Source of the DNA: Planctomycetota bacterium
GTDB lineage: Bacteria > Planctomycetota > B15-G4
Assembly: GCA_036274635.1 (NCBI GenBank)
Contig: DASUFI010000217.1
Span: 266-64,265 of the forward strand
Reading direction: 5' to 3'
Length of the DNA: 64,000 nucleotides
The notes under the pieces are model-generated. The model searched no databases. It had not been told where the DNA came from and was given only the letters and a program-made list of their open reading frames with translations. The position numbers and the translations under genes are program-made. Shown here piece after piece: positions 17,941 through 29,901 of this stretch (the first letter of the stretch is position 1; the number at the start of each line of letters is the position of its first letter).

Positions 17941-19557
17941 CTACTGCGAGGCGACCACCACGTCCTCGATGAGCGGCAGGATCTTCGTCCCGATGAGCTT
18001 GCCGCTCAGCTTGGTGAGCGCGAAGTCCTTGGCGCTGGTGCTCGAGCCGACCGCCTTGAGCAGCTTGGTCGTCGTGCCGGTCTCCTGGATGCTGTACGCG
18101 CGCACCGTGGGCAGGCCCTCCTTCAGCGTGACCTTCTCCTTGAGGAGGATCGGGAAGGTGAGCGGCGTGCCCTCGGCGGCGGTGCCCAGCGTGAGCACGC
18201 CCTCCGCGCCCAGCGAGCGCTTCGTGGTGCCGATGCTGAGGAGGCCCTTCTTCACCTTGGCGATGTCCACCGGGAGGTTCACGGCGACGTCCATGTGGCT
18301 GGCGACGAAGGGCGCGATGGGCACCTCGAGCGTGCCGGTGATGAGCTCCTTCGTGATCGGATCCTTGCCGGCCTTGTAGACGATGGACAGCGGCGTGGCG
18401 CCGTCGAAGGGCGGCAGCAGCTCCTGCACCACCGAGAAGCTCACCTGCTTGGCGAAGGTGTCGAGCTTCTTGGTCTTGCCCTTGAGCGAGATCTTGAGGC
18501 CGCCCGTCGCCGCGTTGAGCTTGGCCTTGCCCACCATGACCAGGTCCACCGGCCCCGAGCCGGCCGCGGACACCTGACCCTCGAGGGTCAGCACGCCGTT
18601 CAGCTGGTGCTCGAGGTCCAGGTCGTCCAGCGTGACCACGCCGTCGGTGATGCCGCCGTCGGCGATGCCGAAGAGCGCGTGCTGCACGCTGATCACGTCC
18701 AGCGTGTCCACGCTGAAGCTGAGCAGGTCGCCTTCCGGCACGTCCACGAAGGCATCCAGCTCGGCCGGGTTCGAGACGAGGTCGCCCGGCAGGATGACGC
18801 GGTTCACGATCTTCTGCTGGCTGCCCTGGCCGTCGATCTGCACGAAGCCGACGCCGGGGCCGAGCACGCCGCTCACGCCCTTCACGGTGTGGAAGTCGTC
18901 CACGGCATCGTTGATGTCGCTGTCGTCCGAGCTGTAGGTGAAGTCGCAGTTGAGCTGCAGCTCGGCCAGCGGCGCGCCGACGTCGCCCAGCAGCCCGAGC
19001 GGCGTGTCGATCGGGGCCACCGAGTTCCAGCGCGCGGTGACGAAGCCGGCCACGAAGACCTTGCCGTCGATGCTCTTCGGCCCGACGTCGATGCTGATCT
19101 CGATCGTGGCCGTGACGGCGGTGGTGGCGAAGTCCGCGTCCAGCTGCGTGGTCGCATCGCCGCACGGCACCGGCGGCTCGAAGAACACCGTGGGCACCGT
19201 GATGTCGTCGTTGTCGAAGTCCGTTCCCGGATCGATCACGCGCGCGCCGTAGAGGTACAGCACGCCGTTGTCGATGCCGAACTGCAGGATGAGGTCCGCG
19301 ACGCCGTCGAAGAACTTGGTGCGCACGTTGTGGCGCACGGTGCCGTCCTCGACGACGGTCTTGGTCACGGAGATGATCTGCGGCTCGTCCTTGACGCCCG
19401 CGCCGTCGGCCCACAGCGCCTTGTCGACCATCTCCCACGCGTTGAAGGCGCCGATGGGCATGTACTGCAGCGCGTCGATGGTGCCGCCGGCGCGCGCGGG
19501 CGGCGTGACGAGGACAGCTGCGAGCAGAGTGACAGACAGGACGGCGAGCGGCTTCAT
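17941..19557 (-). CDS. Large secreted hypothetical protein
   Basis: The start ATG is at 19557 (MKPLAVLSVTLLAAVLVTPPARAGG signal peptide), with GGGAG upstream. It is a 538-aa Asp/Thr/Val/Gly-rich beta-type sequence with no known motif. Confidence 0.65.
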   Translation of the reverse strand: MKPLAVLSVTLLAAVLVTPPARAGGTIDALQYMPIGAFNAWEMVDKALWADGAGVKDEPQIISVTKTVVEDGTVRHNVRTKFFDGVADLILQFGIDNGVLYLYGARVIDPGTDFDNDDITVPTVFFEPPVPCGDATTQLDADFATTAVTATIEISIDVGPKSIDGKVFVAGFVTARWNSVAPIDTPLGLLGDVGAPLAELQLNCDFTYSSDDSDINDAVDDFHTVKGVSGVLGPGVGFVQIDGQGSQQKIVNRVILPGDLVSNPAELDAFVDVPEGDLLSFSVDTLDVISVQHALFGIADGGITDGVVTLDDLDLEHQLNGVLTLEGQVSAAGSGPVDLVMVGKAKLNAATGGLKISLKGKTKKLDTFAKQVSFSVVQELLPPFDGATPLSIVYKAGKDPITKELITGTLEVPIAPFVASHMDVAVNLPVDIAKVKKGLLSIGTTKRSLGAEGVLTLGTAAEGTPLTFPILLKEKVTLKEGLPTVRAYSIQETGTTTKLLKAVGSSTSAKDFALTKLSGKLIGTKILPLIEDVVVASQ

Positions 19558-19699
19558 CGCGATTCTCCCAGTGTGCCGGTCGCGGGCACTCATCACGTCA
19601 CCCGCGGGCGGAGACGATACCGGAAGTGGGCCGGTCGCGGAGTGCTGGCGCCGCGGAAAACCCTTGGGATTCAGCCCGTCCAGCCCCGCGACGGCCCGT

Positions 19700-20542
19700 T
19701 CAGCCTTCGGCGCGCGCTTCCTCCGCCATGCGCACGAGCACCGTCCGAGCCTCCGAGGCGCGGCGCAGCGGCTGCGCGAAGGGAACTCGCAGGCGCTCTT
19801 CGCCATGGCCCGCGTCCACGACAAGATCGAGCCCGCCCGCATCGATCGCGACCATGCGGGCCGTCGTCACGTCCGGGCGGCGGGCGTGCACGCGCGCGTA
19901 GCCCAGCAGCGCGGCGGCGTGATCGGCGTTCATGTGGTCCACGATGCGGCGCTCGGCCACGGCAGGGAGTCGGCCGTCGCCGGGGATGAGGTCGTCGGCC
20001 GGAGCCGCGCCGTGACCGGCGGGCGGCGCGCCGTGCCCGTGGCCGCCGCCCCCGCCGCCGCGGTGCACGAGCCGCGCGAGATCCGCGCCCTCCACGTCGA
20101 AGGCCGCGCCGAAGCCGATCACGAAGCGCCCCTTCACGGGGACGAGACGCACCGGGCGGAAGTCGGGCATGGAGAGGAGCTGCTGCGCGATGCCGCCGAA
20201 GCGCTCGGTGAAGCGCCGCGCGATGTCGGCGCGCAGCGGATCGCCCGCCGGCACGACGTCGGCGCGGCAGTCGTAGGTCAGGCGCCGGCGCGCGAAGATC
20301 TGCTGCGCGCGGCCTTCGTCCTCGATGAACAGCGCGCAGGCGCGGCCCGTGGCCTGCAGGTTCGCGGTGTGCTCGGCGAGGCCGCTCACCAGGCAATAGA
20401 GGTGGCGGCGCTCGTCCACCACGAAGGGCGCGTAGCTGGCGTGCGGGCGGCCGTCCGCGTCCGTGGTGGCGAGGACCACGCTGCGGAACGAGTCGACGAA
20501 GGTGGCGTAGGCCTGCTGGGCCTCGGCGACGGGGTCGGGCAT
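19700..20542 (-). CDS. HugZ/HutZ-like haem utilisation protein (pyridoxamine 5'-phosphate oxidase-like split barrel + DUF2470)
   Basis: It has an N-terminal FMN-binding-like split barrel and a C-terminal DUF2470 signature (RIVDHMNADHAAALLGYA). Confidence 0.65.
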   Translation of the reverse strand: MPDPVAEAQQAYATFVDSFRSVVLATTDADGRPHASYAPFVVDERRHLYCLVSGLAEHTANLQATGRACALFIEDEGRAQQIFARRRLTYDCRADVVPAGDPLRADIARRFTERFGGIAQQLLSMPDFRPVRLVPVKGRFVIGFGAAFDVEGADLARLVHRGGGGGGHGHGAPPAGHGAAPADDLIPGDGRLPAVAERRIVDHMNADHAAALLGYARVHARRPDVTTARMVAIDAGGLDLVVDAGHGEERLRVPFAQPLRRASEARTVLVRMAEEARAEG

Positions 20543-20549
20543 GGCCGCC

Positions 20550-21110
20550 TCAGTGCTTCAGGTCCTGGATCAGGCTCTGCAGGTCCTCGGCGTGCTCCTC
20601 CTCCACCGCGAGGATGCCCTCCAGCATGCGCTTGGTGGTCGTGTCGCGGTCGCCGACGTAGTTGACCATCTCGCGGTAGCTGTCGATCGCGATGCGCTCG
20701 GCCACCAGGTCCTCCTTGATCATGTCCACGAGGTTCTTGCCCGCCACGTACTCCGCGTGACTGCGCGCGGTCAGGCCCGCGGGATCGAAGTCGGGCTCGC
20801 CGTTCAGCTGCACGATGCGGGCCGCGATCAGGTCGGCGTGGCCCTGCTCCTCGTTGGCGTGCGCCAGGAACTCGGCCGCCACCGCGTCCGCGTCGAGCCC
20901 CGAGGCCATGAAGTAGTGGCGACGGTAGCGCAGCACGCAGACGAGCTCGGTCGCCAGCGCCTCGTTGAGCAGGCGCAGCACGGTCTCGCGGTCCGCGCCG
21001 TAGCTCTCGGTGATCGCGCCCTGGTCGATGTCCTTGCGGGCGCGGGCGCGGAGGGTCTTCACGTCGGTGAGGGACGGGTGGGGCTTGCCGGCGGGGGAGT
21101 TCTTGGACAT
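20550..21110 (-). CDS. Bacterioferritin-like ferritin-superfamily protein
   Basis: The start ATG is at 21110 (MSKNSP...), with GGAGG upstream. It carries di-iron ligand-bearing helices (LNEALATELVCVLRYRRHY, EEQGHADLIAARI, EGILAVEEEHAEDL). Confidence 0.7.
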   Translation of the reverse strand: MSKNSPAGKPHPSLTDVKTLRARARKDIDQGAITESYGADRETVLRLLNEALATELVCVLRYRRHYFMASGLDADAVAAEFLAHANEEQGHADLIAARIVQLNGEPDFDPAGLTARSHAEYVAGKNLVDMIKEDLVAERIAIDSYREMVNYVGDRDTTTKRMLEGILAVEEEHAEDLQSLIQDLKH

Positions 21111-21177
21111 GCGGGCCTCCGGGAATCGGGTTCTCAAAGCGTAGCAGCGTGCGGCCTTCCGAGCAGGTGCCTCGCCA

Positions 21178-22152
21178 TCACTTGGGGCCGCTGTCTGGCT
21201 TGCTGGCCCCCGCTCCGCCGGGCTTGTCCGCGGGCGCCGTCCCGTTGCCCGGCGTCCTGATGACCTTGGGCCCCGGCGGAAGCGCGAAGCTGGGCTTGCT
21301 CGGCATCCGCGCCAGGTCGACGCCCTTCGAGCGGGCGAGCGCTGCGCGGTCCGTGTCGATCAGGACGTTCTGCGGATCCTCGAAGTGGAACGAGTCGAGG
21401 GCCACGCCGTGGAAGACGGGATCGGCCTGCCCCGCCACCTGGCCACCGAAGACGAGGAAGGCGGCCCGGCTGTCGCGCAGGCTCACGCCCACGTCCTTCA
21501 CGTTGCCCAGCCCCTCGCCTCCGACGCTGGCCACGCGACGGCGGAGCAGCTCCTGCAGGCCGATGGGCCTGCGCACGGGCTCGCCGGCCGTCGAAGTCAC
21601 GTGATTCGCAGGCACGCCGAAGGTCTGGTCCACCTGCGTGAGCCACTGGTCATCGACCGTGGAGACATCGTTCAGCACGGGCGCCTTCTGGAGCTGCGCG
21701 ATGTTTCCAGAAAAGACGAAGTGGTCCACCGCCACGGTGGCGTCGTTCACGGGCGCAGCCGTCGGTTGCGTGCCCGTGGGCGCGGCGCCCGCGGGGGTTT
21801 GCACGACCATGGGCGACAGCTTGCTCAGCGGGATCCCCGTGAAGCCGGGTGTGCCGGGCAGCTCGACGACGGCCGTGAGACCGCCCTGCGAGTCCACGAT
21901 GACGTCGTGGATCTGGGCCAGCGCCTGGCCGCGAGCGTCCACGATCGACTTGCCCATGAGGCTGCTCGCGCCCGTCATGCCCTCGGTGACTTGCTTCGTG
22001 CCCTGGGCCAGCGGCTTGGGCTCCGCGCCGGTCTGCGGGTTCGTCATCGGCTGACCCGTGCCTGCCGGCGCCGGCTGTGTCTGCTGGGCTGCGAGTGGCG
22101 CAAGGCTGCAGAACGCGACGACGAGGCCGCGCGCGCACCATGGAACATTCAT
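21178..22152 (-). CDS. Secreted protein with two PRC-barrel-like domains
   Basis: It has a signal peptide (MNVPWCARGLVVAFCSLAPLAAQ) and PRC-barrel-like segments (IVDARGQALAQIHDVIVDSQGG and VGGEGLGNVKDVGVSL). Confidence 0.6.
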   Translation of the reverse strand: MNVPWCARGLVVAFCSLAPLAAQQTQPAPAGTGQPMTNPQTGAEPKPLAQGTKQVTEGMTGASSLMGKSIVDARGQALAQIHDVIVDSQGGLTAVVELPGTPGFTGIPLSKLSPMVVQTPAGAAPTGTQPTAAPVNDATVAVDHFVFSGNIAQLQKAPVLNDVSTVDDQWLTQVDQTFGVPANHVTSTAGEPVRRPIGLQELLRRRVASVGGEGLGNVKDVGVSLRDSRAAFLVFGGQVAGQADPVFHGVALDSFHFEDPQNVLIDTDRAALARSKGVDLARMPSKPSFALPPGPKVIRTPGNGTAPADKPGGAGASKPDSGPK

Positions 22153-22319
22153 GACTGCGACCTCCGGGACTCAGGGCTCTGCGGGGTTGTGAGCAAAGCG
22201 CATGCCGGACACCCAGTGGTCTCGAGGGTGTCGCGCTGCCGGTTCCACACGCGCGCGGCGGCACGCGGCTTGCGCGAGACGGGAGCCGTCGGTTGAACCT
22301 CCTCCCGGGACCCACGTCC

Positions 22320-23309
22320 ATGATCGATCGCCTGCGCCGTCCCGCACTCGTCGCCGCGTGGCCGGGCCTGGGCGGCGTGGCGCAAATCGCCGGCACCTAC
22401 CTCGTCGAGAAGCTCCACGCCGAGCCCGTCGCGCACGTCGACGCTCCTCCGGCTCTCGACGTCCCGTCCGTCACGGTCAAGGGCGGCCTGCTCCAGCCCG
22501 TCAGCGTGCCGCGCTGCACCTTCCACGCCTGGCGCAACCCCGACGGCGACCGGGACCTGCTCATCGCCCTCTCCGACCAGCAGCCCAGCCAGCGGTCCTG
22601 GGCCTACGCCGAGCTGCTCCTCGACGAGGCCGAGCGCCACGGCGTCGGGCGCGTCTTCACCTTCGCGGCGCTCGGCGCGCCCGTGCACCCCACGGCCGTT
22701 CCGCGCGTCGTCGGCATGTGCACGCGCACCGAGCTGCTGACCGACCTGCACCACGCCGGCATCGACACGCTCCTGAGCGGCGAGATCACCGGCCTCAACG
22801 GCGTGTTCCTCGCGGCCGCGGCCGCGCGGCGCCTGCCCGGGATCGGGCTGCTGGGCGAGTTCCCGTTCTTCGCGGCGGGCGTGCCCAACCCCAAGACCTC
22901 GGCCGCGGTGCTGCGAGCCTTCGGCCGGCTCGCCGACGTGCGGCTGGATCTCTCCGAGCTCGACGACCAGGCGCGCGACATCGAGGCCGGCCTCCTGAAG
23001 TTCCTCGCGAACCTGGAGCGCGATGCGAGCCGCAGTGCGCGGTCACGCGAAGCCGCTCCGGACGAGACACCCAGCAAGGATCCGGGCGCGGAGGACACCG
23101 CTGACGGTTCCACTCCACCCGACGGAGAAACTCCCATGCCGAAAGAACCCGAACTCAGCGAAGACACGCGGCACCGCATCGAGCAGCTCTTCGAGGAGGT
23201 GAAGCGGAATCGCTCGAAGGCGCTGGAGCTGAAGGCGGAGCTCGACCGCGCGGGGGCGTTCAAGCAGTTCGAGGATCGGTTCCTGGATCTGTTCCGGCAG
23301 GCGGGGTGA
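22320..23309 (+). CDS. PAC2 (proteasome assembly chaperone 2-like, PF09754) family protein
   Basis: The likely start is the ATG at 22320 (MIDRLRRPALVAAWPG). It has PAC2-like core motifs and an acidic coiled C-terminal tail. Confidence 0.65.
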   Translation: MIDRLRRPALVAAWPGLGGVAQIAGTYLVEKLHAEPVAHVDAPPALDVPSVTVKGGLLQPVSVPRCTFHAWRNPDGDRDLLIALSDQQPSQRSWAYAELLLDEAERHGVGRVFTFAALGAPVHPTAVPRVVGMCTRTELLTDLHHAGIDTLLSGEITGLNGVFLAAAAARRLPGIGLLGEFPFFAAGVPNPKTSAAVLRAFGRLADVRLDLSELDDQARDIEAGLLKFLANLERDASRSARSREAAPDETPSKDPGAEDTADGSTPPDGETPMPKEPELSEDTRHRIEQLFEEVKRNRSKALELKAELDRAGAFKQFEDRFLDLFRQAG

Positions 23310-23346
23310 GGGGATCGAGCCCGCCGGTGCGTGCGCCCCGTTGCGC

Positions 23347-23423
23347 CGCGTTGCGATGGCGAGGGTGAAGGGACTCGAACCCTCGACTTCCAGCGTGACA
23401 GGCTGGCGCTCTAACCAACTGAG
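23347..23423 (-). tRNA. tRNA-Asp (anticodon GTC)
   Basis: The reverse complement folds as a canonical cloverleaf: acceptor GGGGGTG/CACCCTC, D-arm GCTC-AGTTGGTTA-GAGC, anticodon arm CCAGC-CTGTCAC-GCTGG (GTC), T-arm GAGGG-TTCGAGT-CCCTT, discriminator G, encoded CCA. It has the same length and layout as E. coli tRNA-Asp. Confidence 0.85.
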
Positions 23424-23532
23424 CTACACCCCCGCGAACGTCCGATCGCTCGTCCGTTTCAGGAGCGCGGAATCCTAGCGAGGGCGCCGGGCGGGCGGCA
23501 AGTCCCCGGCCTGATCCCGTGCGGGCCGGCGG

Positions 23533-24804
23533 TCAGTGCGGATCGGCGAGCAGCAGGACGGTGGACGGCGTGGAGAGCGACTTGCCCCACGACGAGGAGA
23601 CCACGTACTGCTCCACCAGCAGCAAGGCGTCCGTGCCGGGCGGCAGCAGGGGATCGGGCAGCATCGAAGCGATGACCAGCGATCCATCGGCGCCCAGCGG
23701 GCCGAGGACGAAGATGGCGTAGGGACCGGCGCCGGCCAGCGTGCCCTTCAGCGCGCCCGACCACGTGCCGAGCGGCGTGAACGACTGCAGCAGGAAGGCG
23801 AGCTCGCCCGGCTGGCCGTGGAGCGCGATCGTGGCGGACTGGCCCGCGGCGGCGGGCGACGTGATCTCGAGGGTGCGCAGCGGGCCGGGAACGATCTCGA
23901 TCGAGCCGGAGGCTTGAAGGACGTCCGCTCCGGCGCTGCCGGTACCGCAGCCCGCGTCGAAGCCGGCCGCGCCGCCCGCGAGGGCGTCGTCCAGGCGGCG
24001 CACGAGGCCGGCCTCGAGCACGAGGCCCGGCCCGCCGCTCTGGCCGGGCACGCAGGCGAAGCCGGACGGGCCGCTGTCCGTGTCGCCCCAGCCGCCGGTC
24101 CCGCCGTGCACCTCGCCGCCGGCCAGCAGCAGGGTGCCTCCGATCATCCGGATGCCCGGACCGCCGACCTCCGCGGGAGTTCCCGCGCCATCGGCCGACG
24201 CCTGGCCGCCCCAGCCGGTGCTGCCGAGGACGGTGCAGTCGTACAGCGAAACGTCGGAGCCGACGAGCTCCAGTCCGGCGAGCCCGAGGCCGGACACGAA
24301 GCCGTTGTGCGCCCACGACGCCTTCAGCGTGCAGCGCGTGAAGACGACGTGCTGCGAGTTGTTGACCTTCGGCGGGGCCGTCACGGCGCTGTCGAAGATC
24401 ACCACGGAACAGTCCTCGACGAGCGCGGGGCCCTCGCAGTGGGTGATGAGCACGCTGGAGAGATCGGACAGGAGCGGGATGACTTCGAGGTTGCGCAGCA
24501 CGACCGAGCGATCAGCCTGGAGGCCCCCGATCCACAGGGTTCCCGTGCTGCTGGGACTCGACCCGGCGGGGCTGGGCATTCCCTCGATCACGAGGCTCTT
24601 GTTCGCGATGGCGACGTTGCCGACATAGCTGCCGAGCTTGACGAGGATGATGTCGCCATCAGCCGCGGCGTTGACGGCCGCCTGGATCGCGGTGAAGTCC
24701 ACGCCGGGGCCGGGCTGCGGGCCGACGACCCAGACCTGCTGCGCGGTCAGGCCCCTGGCCGCCAGGGCGGCACACAGCAGCGTGAGCGCGACACGTCGCA
24801 GCAT
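23533..24804 (-). CDS. Secreted right-handed beta-helix (pectate-lyase-fold) protein
   Basis: The start ATG is at 24804 (MLRRVALTLLCAALAARGLTAQQ signal peptide). It has Gly/Ser/Thr-rich beta-helix-like repeats (IEGM..., NLEVIP..., CTVLGSTGWGG...). Confidence 0.65.
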   Translation of the reverse strand: MLRRVALTLLCAALAARGLTAQQVWVVGPQPGPGVDFTAIQAAVNAAADGDIILVKLGSYVGNVAIANKSLVIEGMPSPAGSSPSSTGTLWIGGLQADRSVVLRNLEVIPLLSDLSSVLITHCEGPALVEDCSVVIFDSAVTAPPKVNNSQHVVFTRCTLKASWAHNGFVSGLGLAGLELVGSDVSLYDCTVLGSTGWGGQASADGAGTPAEVGGPGIRMIGGTLLLAGGEVHGGTGGWGDTDSGPSGFACVPGQSGGPGLVLEAGLVRRLDDALAGGAAGFDAGCGTGSAGADVLQASGSIEIVPGPLRTLEITSPAAAGQSATIALHGQPGELAFLLQSFTPLGTWSGALKGTLAGAGPYAIFVLGPLGADGSLVIASMLPDPLLPPGTDALLLVEQYVVSSSWGKSLSTPSTVLLLADPH

Positions 24805-24903
24805 GCGCGATCTCCGGGAGGCACGGGCCGACGCAGCATAAGGCCGCCTGTCCGGGCCGTGAAGGCGCGTCCGGGAACGCGTCGCGGTAGGCTGCGGCGC
24901 ATC

Positions 24904-26913
24904 GTGCGGATCCTGCTCACCCAGCCGCCCCACCGCGACACTTTCGGCTACTCCATGCCGCCGGTCGGCCTGCTGCACGCGGCGGCCGGCGCGCGCGCAC
25001 GCGGCCACGAGGTGGCGTGGCTGGACCTGCCGCTGCTGCTGCGCCGCGGCGAGCTGCCGGCGCGCACGCCGAGCGAGGCCGACGCGCTGGCCAGCAAGTG
25101 TGCCAAGCGCCTGCTGGCGCTGGAGCCCGACGCGCTGGGCCTCGGCGCGATGCTTTCGTCCGTCCCCGCGGCGCTGGAGCTCGCCGCCGAGCTGCGCGCG
25201 CGACGTCCGGACCTGCCGCTGATCCTCGGCGGCCAGGGGCCGGAATCCGTCGAGGAAGCGGTCGTCGCGCGGCACTCCGCCGTCGACGCCGTGGCCGTGG
25301 GCGAGGCCGACCACACGTTGGCCGACTGGCTCGACGCGCTCGAAGCCGAGGACGCCGCCGCACGAGCCGCGCGGCGTCCCGGTTCGGACGCCCCGCGCGA
25401 CGCGGTCGCGATCCCCGGCCTGGTCCTCCGCCACGGCGGTCGCCCCCTGCGCACCGCCCCGCGCCCGCTGCTGCGCGCCGCGGACGGCTCGCTCGACGCC
25501 GTGCCGCCGCCCGCGTGGGACCTCGCCGACTCGCCCGCCGCCTACGCGGCCGCCGCGGGGCAGGACGCGGCCATGTTCCCCATCGACCTCGGGCGCGGCT
25601 GCACCTTCGCCTGCACCTTCTGCACCACGCCGGTGTTCTGGGGACGCACGGCGCGACACCTCTCACCCGCGCGCGCCGTCGACGAGCTCGATCGCCTCGC
25701 GGCGCTGGGCGTCGGCACCGCCTACGTGACCCACGACCTCTTCACCTTCGACCGCGCCTCGGTGCTGGCGATCTGCGCCGAAAAGCTCCGGCGCGGCAAC
25801 CGCCTGCGCTGGGAATGCCGCACGCGCCTCGACCTCGTGGACGAGGAGCTGCTGGCCGCGATGGCCGCCGCGGGCTGCGTGCGCATCCTCTTCGGCGTCG
25901 AGAGCGACCGGCCCGAGGTGCTGCGCCGCGTGAACAAGGCCGGCCGAGCCGAGTCGCTGGACGTGCGCGCGGCGCTGCGGATGGTCGAGAGCGCGGGCAT
26001 CGCTGCGATCCTCGGCACCATGGCCGGCGTTCCGGGCGAGACGGCGGCGGACCTCGACGCCAACCTGCGCCTCATGGCCGAGTGCGCGACGGGCCGCGGC
26101 GTCTCGCTCTCGCTGCACTGGTTCAACGTGACGCCGGGCAACGGGCGCGCGGCCGAGGCCGGCGCGGCGCTGCGGCACGAGCCGGGCTTGTTCGCGGACC
26201 TCGTGCGCGGGCATGACGTGCCGGCGGGCCACGTGCCGACGGCGCAGCGCGAGCTCATCGCGGCCGACCCGGAGATCTTCGCGGGCTTCCGCGTCTTCGC
26301 CGCAGCGCACGCCTCGACGCGCGAGCTGTTCCTGCTGACGCGGCACGCGCACGTCATCCTCGAGGCGCTGCCGCGCAGCTACCGCGCGCTGGCGGCGGAG
26401 ACGGGGCGGCCGCTGGCGCGGCTGCTGGTCGAGGCGGTCGAGCACGGGCTGTGCGGGGCGGCGCCGGAGGAGCGCGACGAGCCGCTGGTGCTCACGCGCG
26501 TCGCGGCCGTGCGCGCGGCGGGCCGGTTCGCGCGGCGCTCGGGCTCCGTCGCGGTCGCGACGCTGGCTCGCTACGAGGAGACGCTGCACGCGGTCGTCGA
26601 GCCACGCGTCGACCGCTTCGCGCATGATCCACGGGCGCTGGTCGCGGCGATCGAAGCCGGCGCCTGGCCGCCGGCGAGGGCCGAGGGGCCGGTCGAAACG
26701 CTGCTCGTGCGGCGCGGCGATGTGGTGCGGGCCTTCGCCGTCGCGCCCTTCGTCGCCGACGTGGCTGCTGGGCTCGAGGACCGGGCGCTGGCCAGGCGCT
26801 GGCCCGAGCTGGATCCGGACGGATTGGCGACGCGACGGGCGCAGGCTCGGGCGGCGGTCGAGCGGCTCACCGGCGCCGCAGCAGCGACGGACTGCCGAGC
26901 TGCAGAGGACTGA
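24904..26913 (+). CDS. B12-binding domain/radical SAM protein with long C-terminal extension
   Basis: The GTG start at 24904 gives (M)RILLTQPPHRD, a typical B12-binding N-terminus. It has the CxxxCxxC radical SAM cluster motif (GCTFACTFC) and a ~200-aa C-terminal extension. Confidence 0.8.
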   Translation: MRILLTQPPHRDTFGYSMPPVGLLHAAAGARARGHEVAWLDLPLLLRRGELPARTPSEADALASKCAKRLLALEPDALGLGAMLSSVPAALELAAELRARRPDLPLILGGQGPESVEEAVVARHSAVDAVAVGEADHTLADWLDALEAEDAAARAARRPGSDAPRDAVAIPGLVLRHGGRPLRTAPRPLLRAADGSLDAVPPPAWDLADSPAAYAAAAGQDAAMFPIDLGRGCTFACTFCTTPVFWGRTARHLSPARAVDELDRLAALGVGTAYVTHDLFTFDRASVLAICAEKLRRGNRLRWECRTRLDLVDEELLAAMAAAGCVRILFGVESDRPEVLRRVNKAGRAESLDVRAALRMVESAGIAAILGTMAGVPGETAADLDANLRLMAECATGRGVSLSLHWFNVTPGNGRAAEAGAALRHEPGLFADLVRGHDVPAGHVPTAQRELIAADPEIFAGFRVFAAAHASTRELFLLTRHAHVILEALPRSYRALAAETGRPLARLLVEAVEHGLCGAAPEERDEPLVLTRVAAVRAAGRFARRSGSVAVATLARYEETLHAVVEPRVDRFAHDPRALVAAIEAGAWPPARAEGPVETLLVRRGDVVRAFAVAPFVADVAAGLEDRALARRWPELDPDGLATRRAQARAAVERLTGAAAATDCRAAED

Positions 26914-26916
26914 AGT

Positions 26917-27228
26917 TCAGCGGCGACGGGAGCGGACCGTGGCCGGACGCGCCGGACGTCGCGCGTGTGCGAACGGTGGATCGGCCTTCGCGCCCCTGGC
27001 CGTGAACGGCAACTCCAGACCCCGCTCCCGCGAAGCGCGCCCACCGCGCGGGAATCGCTTGGTGAAGGACAGGATCTCGAGCGTCTCGAGCTCGCCGCTC
27101 TCAGGGTTGTAACGGCCGATGATGCCGTCCGACAGTTCCTCGGACTCCTGCTCGGCGTAGGGCAGGCAGGTGTCGACGTAAAGGATGTCTCCGACGCGGT
27201 CGAACCGCAGGGTCAGCTTCTTCGCCAA
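26917..27228 (-). CDS. DUF2283 family small protein (antitoxin-like partner of DUF4258)
   Basis: The start is the TTG at 27228 with AAGGGAG upstream. The core LTLRFDRVGDILYVDTCLPYAEQESEELSDGIIGRYNPESGELETLEILSFTKRF matches the DUF2283 pattern. It overlaps the upstream gene by 16 nt. Confidence 0.55.
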   Translation of the reverse strand: MAKKLTLRFDRVGDILYVDTCLPYAEQESEELSDGIIGRYNPESGELETLEILSFTKRFPRGGRASRERGLELPFTARGAKADPPFAHARRPARPATVRSRRR

Positions 27229-27539
27229 GCGACGACTCCCTTGCGCCAGCGGCGCGCGACGTAGGCGGTGACGAGCCACGGTTGCTGCCTTGCGGTCGCG
27301 TCGAGCACGACCACGACCACGACGAACTTGCCTTGCAGGAGGTGAGGATACCAGCGCGCCAGCAGCATGGTGTTGCTGCCGGTCTCGTCCCAGCAGATCT
27401 CGTCGGGATCCGCCAGGACTTGCGCGATGACAGCTGGCCAGCGAGCGGCCAGCTCGCCGTGCCCGGCGAGGACGTGGCGCTCGCGCTCTGTCGACACGCG
27501 GACCGGCTTCTTGAGGAATGGGCACGCCAGCAGGATCAT
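27213..27539 (-). CDS. DUF4258 family small protein (toxin-like)
   Basis: The start ATG is at 27539 (MILLACPFLKKPVRVSTERERHVLAGHGEL...VVVVVLDATARQQPWLVTAYVARR). It fits the DUF4258 pattern, which commonly pairs with DUF2283. Confidence 0.5.
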   Translation of the reverse strand: MILLACPFLKKPVRVSTERERHVLAGHGELAARWPAVIAQVLADPDEICWDETGSNTMLLARWYPHLLQGKFVVVVVVLDATARQQPWLVTAYVARRWRKGVVAWRRS

Positions 27540-27602
27540 GTCCGCCGGTCGGAGCCGAGGCGTCGGCGTTACGCACTGCGGCCCCTTTCCCGGAGCACCC
27601 CG

Positions 27603-29837
<2,235 letters not shown>

Positions 29838-29901
29838 TCCGCGCGCAAACGGCACACATCTCGTCTGCTAACATCGACCGTGTCGAGCGGATCATGATCG
29901 G

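Noticed and set aside
21114-21178. Fur box upstream of the bacterioferritin-like/HugZ-like genes
   Set aside because: The intergenic sequence is GC-rich with no GATAATGATAATCATTATC-like 19-mer.
23310-24900. tRNA-Asp as the anchor of a genomic island containing the rSAM locus
   Set aside because: The tRNA 3' end faces the PAC2 gene, not the rSAM side. There is no integrase, no direct repeat of the tRNA 3' end, and the GC content is unchanged.
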